From positions 1-24,005 of the IMG/VR virus record IMGVR_UViG_3300038988_000484: a stretch of 24,005 nucleotides of DNA; one strand, given 5' to 3'. Source of the DNA: a virus (taxonomy: Duplodnaviria > Caudoviricetes). Position numbers and translations under genes: made by a program. The notes below the pieces were generated by a model. That model did no database searches, was not told the origin of the DNA, and was given only the letters and a program-made list of their open reading frames with translations. This document shows, one piece after another, positions 23,972 to 24,005 of this stretch. Within the stretch, counting starts at the first letter, position 1. Each line of letters starts with the position of its first letter.

Positions 23972-24005
23972 GGGGAGCCTCCTTGCGGGCCAGGACCACG
24001 GCCTG

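Larger units (their letters stand above)
1..24005 (-). mobile_element. Siphovirus-like phage/prophage late region (packaging, head, lysis, tail); extends beyond both window edges
   Basis: Continuous minus-strand run of terminase, portal, protease, capsid, lysis, tail tube, tape measure and tail-tip genes with many ATGA/GTGA start-stop overlaps. No sheath gene. Integrated versus free state cannot be determined here. Confidence 0.97.

Overview
The whole window is one high-GC (roughly 70% by eye) tailed-phage or prophage late region, with every credible gene on the minus strand. In transcription order (right to left) it holds: a Bro-N gene and a Rha gene that share a duplicated C-terminal domain; lambda-type terminase small and large (GpA) subunits; a small Xis/BldC-like HTH gene; an inserted toxin-first RelE/XRE (HigBA-type) toxin-antitoxin pair; three 21-bp-phased direct repeats; and the head genes (gpW, lambda-type portal, S49 protease with a nested scaffold start, capsid cement protein, major capsid). 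After these come a lysis cassette placed unusually inside the morphogenesis operon, head-tail joining genes, a tail tube with two inserted repeats, tail chaperones joined by a -1 frameshift, tape measure, Dit-like protein, a BR0599-type hub with a large discoidin-like insertion, two small tail-tip proteins and a central tail-tip protein cut off by the window edge. There is no sheath gene, so the tail is siphovirus-like. No integrase, att site, RNA gene, CRISPR array or reverse transcriptase is visible. The most interesting signals are the HTH gene with its phased repeats (candidate late-gene switch split by a TA insertion), the Bro/Rha pair with a shared primase-like winged-helix domain flanking iteron-like repeats, and the expanded hub and tail tube. 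All family calls come from motif recognition by eye, not database searches.
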